The position numbers were made by a program, and so were the translations under genes. A DNA stretch of 64,000 bases from Haloferacaceae archaeon (lineage in GTDB: Archaea; Halobacteriota; Halobacteria; Halobacteriales; Haloferacaceae): positions 12,544 through 76,543 of the forward strand of contig JBDGTB010000037.1 of NCBI GenBank assembly GCA_042217235.1, written 5' to 3'. The notes below the pieces were generated by a model. It was not told the DNA's origin. It was given only the letters and a program-made list of their open reading frames with translations, and did no database searches. Positions 1-9,600 of the stretch are shown piece by piece. Positions within the stretch are counted from its first letter, which is position 1, and each line of letters starts with the position of its first letter.

Positions 1-1
1 A

Positions 2-685
2 GGCCTGCCGGGGCTCGGGATGGTCGCCTCGATCGCCGTCGACCAGGTGACCGACCAGCTCGGGCTCGACCACCACGGGAACCTCCACCTGGAGGACCTG
101 CCGCCGACGGCGTCGTTCGCCGACGGGCTCGTCCGCGACCCGATCCGGGTGTACGCCGGCGCCGACCCGGACGTCATCACGCTCCAGAGCGACGTGCCGA
201 TCCCGCCGGAGTCGTTCGACTCGCTGTCGAGCTGCGTGCTCGACGACCTCGCCGCGGAGTTCGACCGGGCGATATTCGTCGCGGGCGCGCCGGCGCGGTC
301 GGAGGACCAGCGCGGCGAGATCGTCGGCGTCGCCACGACGCCGGCGATGCGCGACGACGTCGCCGACGCCGGCATCGACGTCGCCGAGTCCTCGGGCGCC
401 GTCGGCGGCGTGACGGGGGCACTCGCGAAGCGCTGCTACGACGCGGACGTCCCCGCGGCCGTGCTCGTCGTCCACGCCAACCCCTACGTCCCCGACCCGG
501 GCGCGGCGCGGACGCTTGTCGAGGAGGCGCTGGAGCCGCTGGTCGAGTTCGACATCGACACCGCGGAGCTCCGCGAACAGGCCGAGCAGATCCAACAGCA
601 GAAACAGCGGATCGCAAAGCAGCTCCAGCAGCTCCAGCAGGGCGAGTCCGGGCAGGGCGGGAGCCCGCGGCCGATGTACCAGTAG
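2..685 (+). CDS. PAC2 / proteasome-assembly-chaperone family protein (COG1938-like), 5' end cut by window edge
   Basis: The frame is open back to base 2 (GLPGLGMVASIAVD...). Composition is acidic, with a Q-rich coiled C-terminal tail. Family assigned from a recalled PAC2 N-terminal G-x-P-G-x-G context. Confidence 0.55.
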   Translation, partial: GLPGLGMVASIAVDQVTDQLGLDHHGNLHLEDLPPTASFADGLVRDPIRVYAGADPDVITLQSDVPIPPESFDSLSSCVLDDLAAEFDRAIFVAGAPARSEDQRGEIVGVATTPAMRDDVADAGIDVAESSGAVGGVTGALAKRCYDADVPAAVLVVHANPYVPDPGAARTLVEEALEPLVEFDIDTAELREQAEQIQQQKQRIAKQLQQLQQGESGQGGSPRPMYQ

Positions 686-912
686 CGGCCGCCCGCCGGC
701 GCGACCGGACGGCCCGGCTGTCGTCGTCGAGCGGGCGGTGAGCACGCCGCGCTGTCCGTCGCCGTCGGCGCCGTCGCCGAGACGCTCGCGGGGGAACCGA
801 CCGCGAGGGGGCGATACACGACCGGGTCGTCAGTCCGACCGACTGCGGGGCGACGGGTCGGCCTGACCGGGTGCCCCGGGCGCCCTCGATCGCCGTCCGC
901 TCTCCCGGCCGG

Positions 913-1110
913 TCACTCGCGGTAGGGCACGCTCAGGTTCCGGACCGGGGTGCCACAGTCCGGACACTCCATCGGCGACGAGGAACTGCGCAGCCGTCGG
1001 CCACAGCCGAGACACTCGTACCGGTCGAGACCGCCGTCGCGGACGCCGTCGGGTTCGACGCCGTGCATGACAGACGGGAACGTCCCTCCGGGATTCAAAC
1101 TTTCGTACAT
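913..1110 (-). CDS. small zinc-ribbon protein (CxxC...CxxC, rubrerythrin-like domain), 65 aa
   Basis: This is the C-terminal part of track ORF 913..1563. MYESLNPGG...YECLGCGRRL...MECPDCGTPV has two CxxC pairs. Upstream in-frame codons are AT-ending and look non-coding. Confidence 0.55.
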   Translation of the reverse strand: MYESLNPGGTFPSVMHGVEPDGVRDGGLDRYECLGCGRRLRSSSSPMECPDCGTPVRNLSVPYRE

Positions 1111-1240
1111 TGTGAATATGTGGACGCGAGTCCCGTATCCTGGCAAAATATGCGACAGATGATGACGTTCATTCATCTCGTGAGGAGAGGGGCGGGCCGG
1201 CCGGACCGACACCGGGACCCCCGCCCGTGGCGTCAGAGCT

Positions 1241-3046
1241 ATGTCCCGCCGCCGAGTCGCCGCCGACGATGACCAGGAGACGCCCCCACGTTCGCCCGAC
1301 CCGTCGACCGCGTGCGCCGCCGGCGGTGGCGCCGGTGACGGCAGCCGGGAACAGCCACGCCAGCCGCGGTCGACGCGGGAGGGACCGGTGACCGACGACG
1401 CCCCGACCGGCGGCGACCGCGTCTGTGACGCGCTGGTCGACGCCGGCGTCGAGACGGTCGTCGGGCTCCCCGGCACCCAGACGCTCCCGTTCGACGTCGC
1501 CGTCGACGCGGCCGACGACCTCGCGTACGTCATGGCGCGCGACGAGTCCGCGATCCCCCACATCGCGTGGGGGCACTACGAGGCCGGCGGCGGCCTCGCC
1601 GCGACCGTGACGGTGCCGGGGCCGGGCGACACGAACGCGATGCACGGGCTGAAAAACGCCCTGGAGGACTGCGTGCCGGTCGTCCACGTCTCGCCCGACG
1701 TGCCGGCGAGCCAGCGGGGTGACGGCCCGATCCACGAGATCCCGGCGGACACGTTCGACAACGCCGTGCGAACCAACCTGACGGTCACGACGCCCGACGA
1801 GGTGCCCGCGGCGGTCGCGCGGGGGCTCCGGGACGCGACGACGCCGCCGTACGGACCGGTCCGGCTCGGGGTCGCGAGCGACGTGCTCGCCGGGGCCTGC
1901 GACGCCTCGGCCGTGACCTACCCGGACGCGACGCCGACGGTGGCGAACGGGGACGCGCTCGCCCGCGCCGGCGACGCCCTCGCGAGCGCCGAGCGGCCGG
2001 TCGTCTACGTCGGCGGCGGCGCCCGCCGCACGCCCGACCGCGGGGCCGTCCGCGACCTCGTCGCGGACCTGAACCTCCCGTTCGTCGCCTCCTACAAGGG
2101 CAAGGGCGTGGTGCCGGACGACGACCCACGGGCCCTCGGCGTGACCGGTTCGCACACCCCCGCGTCGACCCGCCGTGCGCTCGCCGCCGCGGACCTCGTG
2201 GTCGCGCTCGGCACCGACTTCGACGGCGTCGCGACCGACCACTGGGAGCTCCCGATGGGCGACCGGCTGGTCCACGTCAATCTTGACCCGGCCGACCTCG
2301 CACACCCCTACGAGGTCGACGTGGGCGTGGTCGGGGACGCGGGCGCCGCCGCGCGGACGCTCCGGGACGCGGCGGCCGACGCCGGCGGCTGGGACGGCCG
2401 GGCCGTCGCGGGTGCCGTCCGCGAGGAGTACGAGGCCCACCTGCACGCGCGGGACCTGCTCGCCGACCGGACCCCGATCCCGACCCCGGCGGCGCTCCGC
2501 GCGCTCCGGGAGACGATCCCGCGCGAGGCGGCGGTCACCACCGACGTCGGCGGCTTCCGGCTGTGGGCCAAGCAGGTGTTCGACGCCTACGGCCCCGAGC
2601 GATACGTCACCGCCGGGTCGTGGGCGGGGATGGGCGTCGGCCTGCCCGCGGCCGTCGGCGCCGCGGTCGCCGACCCCGAGCGACCGGTCGCCTGCCTCAC
2701 GGGCGACGGCGGCCTGCTGATGTGCCTCCAGGAGCTGCACACCGCCGCGGAGTACGACCTGGACCTCGCCGTCTTCGTCTTCGACAACGCCGACTACGGC
2801 GTCATCAGCAAGTCCGGACAGATCCCGGCGGGCGGCCCGCAGTTCGGCTGGGAGTCGCCCGACTTCGCCGCCATCGCCGAGGGGTTCGGCGTCGAGGGGG
2901 TCCGGGCGACGGCGCTCGACGACCTGCGCGAGGCCGCGACGGCCGCCGTCGACGCCGACGGACCCGTCCTCGTGAACGTGGTGGTCGACCCGGACGAGCC
3001 GACCGCCGCCGCGGTCGGCGACTACGAGAGCGAGCTGGCCTGGTAG
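1241..3046 (+). CDS. thiamine-pyrophosphate-binding enzyme (acetolactate-synthase-like family)
   Basis: Three-domain TPP-enzyme layout, with VGLPG, PGPGDTNA and a GDGG...N TPP-binding motif (LTGDGGLLMCLQEL). The true start may be the in-frame GTG at 1388, because the Arg-rich N-terminus looks spurious. Confidence 0.85.
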   Translation: MSRRRVAADDDQETPPRSPDPSTACAAGGGAGDGSREQPRQPRSTREGPVTDDAPTGGDRVCDALVDAGVETVVGLPGTQTLPFDVAVDAADDLAYVMARDESAIPHIAWGHYEAGGGLAATVTVPGPGDTNAMHGLKNALEDCVPVVHVSPDVPASQRGDGPIHEIPADTFDNAVRTNLTVTTPDEVPAAVARGLRDATTPPYGPVRLGVASDVLAGACDASAVTYPDATPTVANGDALARAGDALASAERPVVYVGGGARRTPDRGAVRDLVADLNLPFVASYKGKGVVPDDDPRALGVTGSHTPASTRRALAAADLVVALGTDFDGVATDHWELPMGDRLVHVNLDPADLAHPYEVDVGVVGDAGAAARTLRDAAADAGGWDGRAVAGAVREEYEAHLHARDLLADRTPIPTPAALRALRETIPREAAVTTDVGGFRLWAKQVFDAYGPERYVTAGSWAGMGVGLPAAVGAAVADPERPVACLTGDGGLLMCLQELHTAAEYDLDLAVFVFDNADYGVISKSGQIPAGGPQFGWESPDFAAIAEGFGVEGVRATALDDLREAATAAVDADGPVLVNVVVDPDEPTAAAVGDYESELAW

Positions 3047-3115
3047 CGGGGGTCCGCGCCCCGACCGCCCGGGTCGGCGATCGGGTTCAAGACCCACCCC
3101 GCCCTGCCCCAGGTC

Positions 3116-4081
3116 GTGCACCACGTCGTCGTTCCGGACTACCGGATGGTCGACCCCGAGACGTACCGCCGCGTCCTCGACGGAGTGGCGACCGTCGAGG
3201 TCGTCGAGATGTCCGCCGTCGCGGACCTGGTCGCGGCCGGCGCGGACGCCGACGCCGTCGTCCTCGACGTCGGCCTCCCCTTCCCGGCCGCGGCCGCCGA
3301 GGAGCTGTCACACCTCCGGGCGGTCGCGCGGTCGTCGGTCGGCGTCGCCGGCATCGACGTCGAGGCGGCGGCCGACGCGGGGATCGCCGTGTTGCACGCC
3401 CCCGAGTACTGCCGCGACGAGGTGGCGACGCACACGCTCGCGCTGTTTCTCGCCTGCGTCCGCGCCGTCCCCGAGTACGACCGCGCCGTCCGCGCCGGCG
3501 ACTGGCCGCGCACGCCGCCGTCGCGGGCGCTCCACCGCCTCGCCGGCGACACGGTCGGGCTCGTCGCCTACGGCCGGATCGCGCGGAGCGTCCGCGAGCG
3601 CCTCCGCGGGTTCGGCGTCGACGTCGTCGCCCACGACCCGTACGTGAGCGCCGCGGCGATGGCCGACGACGGCGTCGAGCGCGTCGACCGCGCGGAGCTT
3701 TTCGCCCGCGCCGACCACGTCTCCGTCCACGCCCCGGACACCACCGAGACCCGAGGGCTCGTCGGCGCCGACGCGCTCGCCGCCCTCCCGGAGCGTGGCG
3801 TCCTCGTCAACACCGGGCGGGGGCACGTCGTCGACGAGTCGGCGCTCGCCGACGCGCTCCGGGGCGGCGAGATCGCGTGTGCGGGCCTCGACGTGTTCGA
3901 GGAGGAACCGCTCCCCGAGGACTCGCCGCTGCGCGGCCGGGACGACGTGGTGTTTACCCCACACGCGGCGTGGTACTCCGAGGAGTCCCGCGACGAGGTC
4001 AACGAGACGGTCGCGACGGACCTCCGCCGGGTGCTGACCGGCGCGGATCCGAAGTACGCGGCCGACGACGAGTGGCTCTAG
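3116..4081 (+). CDS. D-isomer-specific 2-hydroxyacid dehydrogenase family protein (PGDH/CtBP-like)
   Basis: Motifs GxxGxGxIG-like (VGLVAYGRIA), VNTGRG, and LDVFEEEPLPEDSPL followed by PH. GTG start taken from the track. Confidence 0.85.
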   Translation: MHHVVVPDYRMVDPETYRRVLDGVATVEVVEMSAVADLVAAGADADAVVLDVGLPFPAAAAEELSHLRAVARSSVGVAGIDVEAAADAGIAVLHAPEYCRDEVATHTLALFLACVRAVPEYDRAVRAGDWPRTPPSRALHRLAGDTVGLVAYGRIARSVRERLRGFGVDVVAHDPYVSAAAMADDGVERVDRAELFARADHVSVHAPDTTETRGLVGADALAALPERGVLVNTGRGHVVDESALADALRGGEIACAGLDVFEEEPLPEDSPLRGRDDVVFTPHAAWYSEESRDEVNETVATDLRRVLTGADPKYAADDEWL

Positions 4082-4097
4082 GGCCGCCGAAGCGGCC

Positions 4098-4688
4098 TCA
4101 GAGGTACGTCTCCCGCATCGTCCGCGCGAGCAGCCCGTCGCGCCGGAGGGCGATCTGGACGACGACGAACGGCTCGTTCGCCGGGCGAAGTACGAACACC
4201 GCCCGCTCGCCGGGGCCGCGCTCGTCGGTCACGCGCCGGAGGAGCGGCTCGATCGGCCGCCGGCCGCGCCGGAACTCCGCGAACAGGTCCCGGCCCGGCG
4301 GCGACGCGAACGTGTACACGGCGCCGTTCGGGTCGCCGTCCGTGTTCCGCGTCACCCGGGCGTTCAGCCCGTCGCCGGCCCGCTCGGCCGCACGGAACGT
4401 CTCGCGGGCGACCTCGTAGAGGTCGGTGACGCCGTCGGCGAACGCGAACGTCGTCTCCCGGACCGGCGACACGTCGACGGCCCGCGCGCCCCCGTCCGCC
4501 CACGCGAGCGTGGCGTCGACCAGCCACCCCGCCGCGAGGTCGTGGTCGGCCTCGACACGGACGTCCGTCGGCTCGCAGTCGGCGGCGTCGACGAACGGCC
4601 GTCGACCGTCCGCGAGCGGCGGGTACACCCGGAAGCGTCCGCTCGCCGGCGTCGAGTCGGTCGACGCGGTCGACCCCTCGCGGTCCAT
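4098..4688 (-). CDS. hypothetical protein
   Basis: Acidic ORF with good GC3 codon usage. Start set at MDREGST (cat at 4686-4688); the Arg-rich extension to 4856 was rejected. Confidence 0.55.
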   Translation of the reverse strand: MDREGSTASTDSTPASGRFRVYPPLADGRRPFVDAADCEPTDVRVEADHDLAAGWLVDATLAWADGGARAVDVSPVRETTFAFADGVTDLYEVARETFRAAERAGDGLNARVTRNTDGDPNGAVYTFASPPGRDLFAEFRRGRRPIEPLLRRVTDERGPGERAVFVLRPANEPFVVVQIALRRDGLLARTMRETYL

Positions 4689-4830
4689 GCCCGGTGGTGG
4701 GGCCCCGACGCACATGCGGGCATCGCCTTCGCGGTCGCCGGGGAAGGGGAGGAACGGCCGTCCGGCCGCCGTCGCGGCCCGGCGCCCCACGTCGCGACCG
4801 GTCCCCGCCCGGGCCGCCCGGTCACCGGGG

Positions 4831-5790
4831 CTACCGGGACGCGTCGTCCGCGGCACGCGCGGCCAGCGAGTCCACCTCCGCCCGCGTGGCGACGAGCTGG
4901 TCCCCCTCGACGGTCCGTCCGACCGCCTCGGCCGCGACGCCGACCGCGAGGGCGTCGGCCAGGTCGTCGCCCCGGAGGCGAGCGGTCAGGTAGCCGCCGA
5001 CGAAGGCGTCGCCGCTCCCCGTCGGGTCGACCGTCTCCGTCTCGACGGCGTCCTGCTCGTGGACCTCGCCCTCCCGCAGCCCGATCGCCCCGCGCGTGCC
5101 CCGCCGGAGGACGACCGTCCCGCAGTCGTACTCGGCCTGGAGGCCGTTGACGATCTTGACCGGGCGGTCGCCCGTGTCGAGCACCTCGACGGCGTCGTCC
5201 TCGTCGACGACGAGCACGTCCACGAGCGGCAGGAGGGCCTCGTAGGTCTCGCGAGCGCGCTCCGCGCTCCAGAGCTGCGGTCGGTAGGCCGGGTCGAACA
5301 CCGTCGTCGTCCCCGCCTCGCGGGCCGTCTCCAGCAGTGTCCCCGTCGTCTCGCGGAGTCGGTCGGAGAGCGCCGGCGTGACTCCGCTCACGTAGCACGC
5401 GTTCGCGTCCCGGACCACGTCCAGCGGCAGCTCCCCCGGCGTCACCGTCGTGACCGCGGACCCGGCCCGGTCGTAGCGCACCTCGTTCCCCCGCGGGGAG
5501 CTCCCGCGTTCGAGGTAGTAGGTGCCGAGGCGGTACTCGTCGGGGTCGGCCCACACCGCGCCCGTCCGGACGCCGCTCCCCCTGAGCTCGCGGGTGACTC
5601 GCCGCCCGAGCGGCGAGTTCGGGAGCTTCGACAGCCACGCGGCCTCCGCGCCGAGCTGAGCGGCCGCGACGGCGACGTTGCTCTCCGCGCCGCCGACGTA
5701 CGCGTCGAACGAGCGTGCGGCCGCGAGCCGCTCGCCCGGCGGCGGCGACAGCCGCAGCATCGCCTCACCGAACGTCACGAGGTCCGTCAT
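4831..5790 (-). CDS. kdgK: PfkB-family sugar kinase, likely 2-dehydro-3-deoxygluconokinase
   Basis: MTDLVTFGEAMLRL N-terminus and the GSGDAFVGGYL PfkB signature. TATA-like cttatg is centred about 27 nt upstream. In my recollection of Haloferax, kdgK sits next to mutL. Confidence 0.75.
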   Translation of the reverse strand: MTDLVTFGEAMLRLSPPPGERLAAARSFDAYVGGAESNVAVAAAQLGAEAAWLSKLPNSPLGRRVTRELRGSGVRTGAVWADPDEYRLGTYYLERGSSPRGNEVRYDRAGSAVTTVTPGELPLDVVRDANACYVSGVTPALSDRLRETTGTLLETAREAGTTTVFDPAYRPQLWSAERARETYEALLPLVDVLVVDEDDAVEVLDTGDRPVKIVNGLQAEYDCGTVVLRRGTRGAIGLREGEVHEQDAVETETVDPTGSGDAFVGGYLTARLRGDDLADALAVGVAAEAVGRTVEGDQLVATRAEVDSLAARAADDASR

Positions 5791-5814
5791 GGCGTCCCGT
5801 TCGACGGACGATCA

Positions 5815-5820
5815 CATAAG
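5815..5820 (-). promoter_or_regulatory. TATA-like box for kdgK (leaderless spacing)
   Basis: cttatg on the coding strand, centred 27.5 nt upstream of the ATG at 5790. Confidence 0.4.
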
Positions 5821-5896
5821 TCGCGGGGGCGAGTTCGTCGGCGCGAGTTCCCGGGGGCGAGCGGCAAAGCGCCAGGGCGACGGGTCGCGGGGGGGC

Positions 5897-6052
5897 CTAG
5901 TGGCGCTTGCTCCGGGCCTCCCGCACCTCGGCGCCGTCGCGCACCCGGTCCTCGCAGGAGGGGCAGACGCGGGGACTGTCCATTCCGTTGGGGGCGAACA
6001 CGCGAACGTACGCCTCCGTGACGAAGGAGCCGCAGTTCTGACAGTCGGGCAT
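5897..6052 (-). CDS. small CPxCG-type zinc-finger protein, 51 aa (absent from ORF track)
   Basis: Hand translation gives MPDCQNCGSFVTEAYVRVFAPNGMDSPRVCPSCEDRVRDGAEVREARSKRH. It has two CxxC pairs and GC3-rich codons. TTTAAA is centred about 28 nt upstream of the ATG. Confidence 0.7.
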   Translation of the reverse strand: MPDCQNCGSFVTEAYVRVFAPNGMDSPRVCPSCEDRVRDGAEVREARSKRH

Positions 6053-6077
6053 CGGGCGGGAAAAAGACGGTCCGCGA

Positions 6078-6083
6078 TTTAAA
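6078..6083 (-). promoter_or_regulatory. TATA box for the 51-aa zinc-finger ORF
   Basis: TTTAAA centred about 28 nt upstream of the ATG at 6052. Confidence 0.5.
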
Positions 6084-6140
6084 GGTTCGCCCGACCCCCG
6101 CGCCTCGCTCGTCGGGCGGAGCGGCGGGCGCAGGCGGGGA

Positions 6141-8399
6141 TCACCCCTCCCGACGGCGGTCGCCGTGGCCGGGGTAGTCCCGCTCGAAGCGGGCGGCGAG
6201 TTCGTCGGCGTCGACGGCGACGACCGTGGGGCGGCCGTGCGGGCAGGCGTAGGGGTTCTCGCAGTCGTCGAGCGCGTCGAGCAGGTCGAGCACGGAGCCC
6301 TCGGTGAGCGACGTGTTGCCCGTCACGGAGGGGTAACACGCGAGGTCGGCGAGCAGGTCGTCGGCGACGGCCTCGACGGTCCGGTCGTCCGACCCGTCGG
6401 CGGTCGTGTCGGCGAGGGCGTCCCGCAGCAGTTCCGGGTCGAGCGTGGCGTCGAAGACGGCCGGGACGCCCCGCACCGCGACCGTCCGCTCGCCGGTCCG
6501 CTCGGCGCGGAAGCCGAGCGCCGCGAGCGCGTCCGCGTTCGCCTCGAACAGCGCCGCCTCCCGCGCGGTCAGCTCCAGCTCCACGGGGTCCGCGAGCGTC
6601 TGGGTCGGCGGGCCGCCGTCGACGGCCGCCCGGAGGCGCTCGTAGTTCACCCGCTCGTCGGCCGCGTGCTGGTCGACCAGCACCATGCCGTCGGGCGTCT
6701 CGGCCACGACGTACGTCCCGTGGAGCTGACCGAGCACCCGCATCCGCGGCAGGGCGTCGAACGAGCGCACCCCCGCCGCGCTCCCGTCCAGCGTCCGCTG
6801 GCTCGTGGGCGCGAGCGTCCGGCCGGACGGGCGGCCGTCCGTCGCGTCCGGGTCGTCGCCGTCCGTCGCGTCCGGGTCGTCGCCGTCCGTCGCGTCCGGG
6901 TCGGCCCAGGCGTCGAGCGCCGCGTCCGTCGCGTCGCCGGCGTGGCGCGGCTCCGTCACCCCCGGCTCCGTCGCCTCGGTCGCCCCCGGCCCCGACGGCC
7001 CCTCGCGCTGGAACCGCCGCGGCGTCGGGCACCCGGAGGAGGGGGCCTCGCCGACCGACGCGTCGCCGGCTCCCGAAACCGGTGGCGATCCGCTCGCGTC
7101 CCCCGTCGGTTCGCCGACGGGATCGGCATCCCCGGCACCGTCGTCGGCAGGTTCGGCCTCGCCGACGCCTCCACCGACGGACTCGGCCTCATCGGCACCG
7201 TCGTCGGTATCGGCCGACTGGGCGTCGTCCGTCCCCGACCCGTCGACCGGCGTCGGCGTCCGGTCGCGGCGGGTGCGCGTCCGCTCCCGGGCCGCCGCCT
7301 CGTCGAGCACGGCCGCCTCGTCCGGTGCCTCCGGCTCGACGGCCGCCTCGTCCGGCGCGCCCCGACCTCGCGGCGCCGTCGACCGGACGAGCCCGTGGTC
7401 GAGCAGCGCCTCGCGGACCGCCCCCTCGACGGCGGCGCGGACCGCCGCCTCGTCGTCGAACCGGACGTCGGTCTTGCGCGGGTGGACGTTCACGTCCACC
7501 GCGTCGGGCGGGACGTCGACGAACAGCACCGCGAACGGGTAGCGGTCGCTCGCGAGCTGGCCGCCGTACGCCGCGACGGTCGCCTCGCGGAGCGCCGACG
7601 CGGGGACGTACCGCCCGTCGACGAAGGTGGCGAGGTAGTCCCGGCTGCTCCGGGTCGTCTCCGGGTGCGAGACCAGCCCCTCGACGTCGACCCCGTCCCG
7701 GCCGCCGTCGACCTCGACCATGGCCTCGGCCACCTCGCGGCCGTAGACCGCGAGCACCGCCGCCCGGCGGTCGCCCCGCCCGGGCGTTGCGAACGTCTCG
7801 CGGCCGTCGTGCTCCAGCGAGACCGCCACGTCGGGGTTGGCGAGGGCGTACTGCGTGACGACCGTGTTGACGCGGTCGAACTCCGTCGCCGGCGTCTTGA
7901 GGAACTTCCGGCGGGCGGGCGTGTTGTAAAACAGGTCCTCGACCTCGACGACCGTCCCGGGCGGGCAGCCGACCGGCCGCACCTCGCCGGCCTCGCCGCC
8001 CTCGACGACGATCTCGTGGCCCCGGTCGGCGTCCGGGGGGCGCGAGCGGATCGTCAGCCGCGACACCGCACCGACGGTGTGGAGTGCCTCGCCCCGGAAG
8101 CCGAGGGTCCCGACCCCGGCCTCCAGGTCCGCCACGTCGTCGATCTTGCTCGTCGTGTGCTCCTCGACCGCGACCGCGAGCTCGTCGGCGGTCATCCCGT
8201 GGCCGTCGTCGCGCACGCGGACCAGCTCGGTGCCGTCGCCCTCGACCGCGACCGCGACCCGACCGGCGCCGGCGTCGAGCGCGTTCTCGACGAGCTCCTT
8301 GACCACGGAGGCCGGGCGCTCGACGACCTCGCCGGCCGCGATCTGCCGGATCGTCCGGTCGTCGAGGCGGGTGATCCCGGACGAGCCCTCGTCGCTCAT
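6141..8399 (-). CDS. mutL: DNA mismatch repair protein MutL
   Basis: GHKL ATPase N-terminus (IAAGEVVERPASVVKELVENALDAG, DDGHGM) and a C-terminal dimerisation domain (CPHGRP). A long acidic linker is present. Start set at MSDEGSS (8397-8399). Confidence 0.93.
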   Translation of the reverse strand: MSDEGSSGITRLDDRTIRQIAAGEVVERPASVVKELVENALDAGAGRVAVAVEGDGTELVRVRDDGHGMTADELAVAVEEHTTSKIDDVADLEAGVGTLGFRGEALHTVGAVSRLTIRSRPPDADRGHEIVVEGGEAGEVRPVGCPPGTVVEVEDLFYNTPARRKFLKTPATEFDRVNTVVTQYALANPDVAVSLEHDGRETFATPGRGDRRAAVLAVYGREVAEAMVEVDGGRDGVDVEGLVSHPETTRSSRDYLATFVDGRYVPASALREATVAAYGGQLASDRYPFAVLFVDVPPDAVDVNVHPRKTDVRFDDEAAVRAAVEGAVREALLDHGLVRSTAPRGRGAPDEAAVEPEAPDEAAVLDEAAARERTRTRRDRTPTPVDGSGTDDAQSADTDDGADEAESVGGGVGEAEPADDGAGDADPVGEPTGDASGSPPVSGAGDASVGEAPSSGCPTPRRFQREGPSGPGATEATEPGVTEPRHAGDATDAALDAWADPDATDGDDPDATDGDDPDATDGRPSGRTLAPTSQRTLDGSAAGVRSFDALPRMRVLGQLHGTYVVAETPDGMVLVDQHAADERVNYERLRAAVDGGPPTQTLADPVELELTAREAALFEANADALAALGFRAERTGERTVAVRGVPAVFDATLDPELLRDALADTTADGSDDRTVEAVADDLLADLACYPSVTGNTSLTEGSVLDLLDALDDCENPYACPHGRPTVVAVDADELAARFERDYPGHGDRRREG
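6837..6904 (-). repeat. 24-bp in-frame tandem repeat (about 2.8 copies) in the MutL linker
   Basis: gtccgtcgcgtccgggtcgtcgcc is repeated and encodes DPDATDGD units. Confidence 0.9.
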
Positions 8400-8528
8400 C
8401 GGTCGCGGGGTTTCGGCTTCGTGGCCTTGAGTGTGCCGTCCGACGAGAAGGAGGGGCACCCGTCGTCGTACCCACCTCGAAAGCCCGGGACTGTCGAGGT
8501 GGGCCGCAGAACCGGGACGTTCTCCCGT

Positions 8529-9467
8529 CTACGCCACCCGGTTTTTCAGCTCCTCGCCGGCGTCGAACCGCCGCAGGTTCTCCGTCACCAGCTCCGCGAT
8601 GTCGAGGTGATAGCGGTTCGTCGCGGAGCCCTTGTGCGGCGAGATCATCACGTCCTCCATGTCCCACAGCGGCGAGTCCTCGGGCAGTGGCTCCTCCTCG
8701 AACACGTCGAGGCCGGCGCCGGCGATCTCGTCGCCCTGGAGCGCCGCGACGAGCGCCGACTCGTCGACGACCGGGCCGCGGCCGACGTTGATCACGTAGG
8801 CGTCCTCGCGCATGACCGCGAACTCCTCGTCGCTCAACATCCCCTCGGTCGCCGGCGTGTGCGGGACCGCGAGCGCGACGAAGCGGGCGTCCGCGATGGC
8901 GTCGTGGAGGTCGTCGGGGTGGTACACCTCCTCGACGCCGGGCACCGGCTCGGGGTCGCGGCGGACGCCGACCACGTCCATCCCGAGGGCGTCGGCGCGC
9001 TGGGCTATCCCGGCGCCGATCGTCCCGAGCCCGACCACGCAGCAGCGCTCGTTCTCGACGGTGAACGGGCGCTCGTACTCCGGCTCGTACCAGTCGGTCT
9101 CGTACTGGTGGTCGCGGTAGATGTGGAGGATGCGAGCGAGCGATACCATGAATCCGACCGCCATCTCGCCGACGGTGGCGGCGTGGATGCCCGTGCTGTT
9201 CGTGAGCGGGACGCCCGCGGCCTCGTAGGCCGCGGTGTCGAACTCGTCGTAGCCGGCCCGCGCACAGTGGACCCACGCGGCGTCGAGATACTCCGGCCGT
9301 GGCACGTAGGAGACGACCGCGTCGGTCGGCCCGTAGCTCTCCCCGTCGCCGACGAGCTCGGCCGGGATCGGGAGGTCGTCGAACGCCGCGACGAACGCCT
9401 CCTTCGGAATGACGTTCTCGACCGATTCGTGCACGGAGAGCCGCTCGATCGCCGGTCGATCGCTCAT
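8529..9467 (-). CDS. D-2-hydroxyacid dehydrogenase family protein
   Basis: Motifs VVGLGTIGAGIA, INVGRG, LDVFEEEPLPEDSPL and SPH. Start at MSDRPAIE, with TTTAAC centred 27.5 nt upstream. Confidence 0.88.
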   Translation of the reverse strand: MSDRPAIERLSVHESVENVIPKEAFVAAFDDLPIPAELVGDGESYGPTDAVVSYVPRPEYLDAAWVHCARAGYDEFDTAAYEAAGVPLTNSTGIHAATVGEMAVGFMVSLARILHIYRDHQYETDWYEPEYERPFTVENERCCVVGLGTIGAGIAQRADALGMDVVGVRRDPEPVPGVEEVYHPDDLHDAIADARFVALAVPHTPATEGMLSDEEFAVMREDAYVINVGRGPVVDESALVAALQGDEIAGAGLDVFEEEPLPEDSPLWDMEDVMISPHKGSATNRYHLDIAELVTENLRRFDAGEELKNRVA

Positions 9468-9491
9468 GTGCCGCCAACACCCCCGTCCGGG

Positions 9492-9497
9492 TTTAAC
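9492..9497 (-). promoter_or_regulatory. TATA box for the D-2-hydroxyacid dehydrogenase gene
   Basis: gttaaa on the coding strand, centred 27.5 nt upstream of the ATG at 9467. Confidence 0.45.
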
Positions 9498-9600
9498 GTT
9501 TCGACGAATCGGTAACGAAAGTTCACAAACGCACATGAATTTCGCTGAAGATAGTTTTACACTCCTCCGTTACACAGGGGGAGACACTCCGGAGCCATTT

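Noticed and set aside
1111-1563. Long version (216 aa) of the zinc-ribbon ORF
   Set aside because: - The upstream part is Ser/Pro/Arg-rich and antisense to the TPP-enzyme gene.
- The segment just upstream of MYES is AT-rich promoter-like sequence.
3045-3100. tRNA-like T-loop (GGGTTCAAGACCC) with flanking GCGGGG/CCCCGC complementarity
   Set aside because: - The whole element is only about 53 nt.
- The T-stem is 3-4 bp.
- There is no D-arm or anticodon arm.
- It is probably a GC-rich hairpin downstream of the TPP-enzyme gene.
9409-9600. Longer start (track 9409, or ATG 9535) for the second TPP enzyme
   Set aside because: - Codons before 9601 are dominated by A/T-ending triplets.
- This stretch overlaps the divergent promoter region.
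- Family alignment begins at MNVTEAIAEI.
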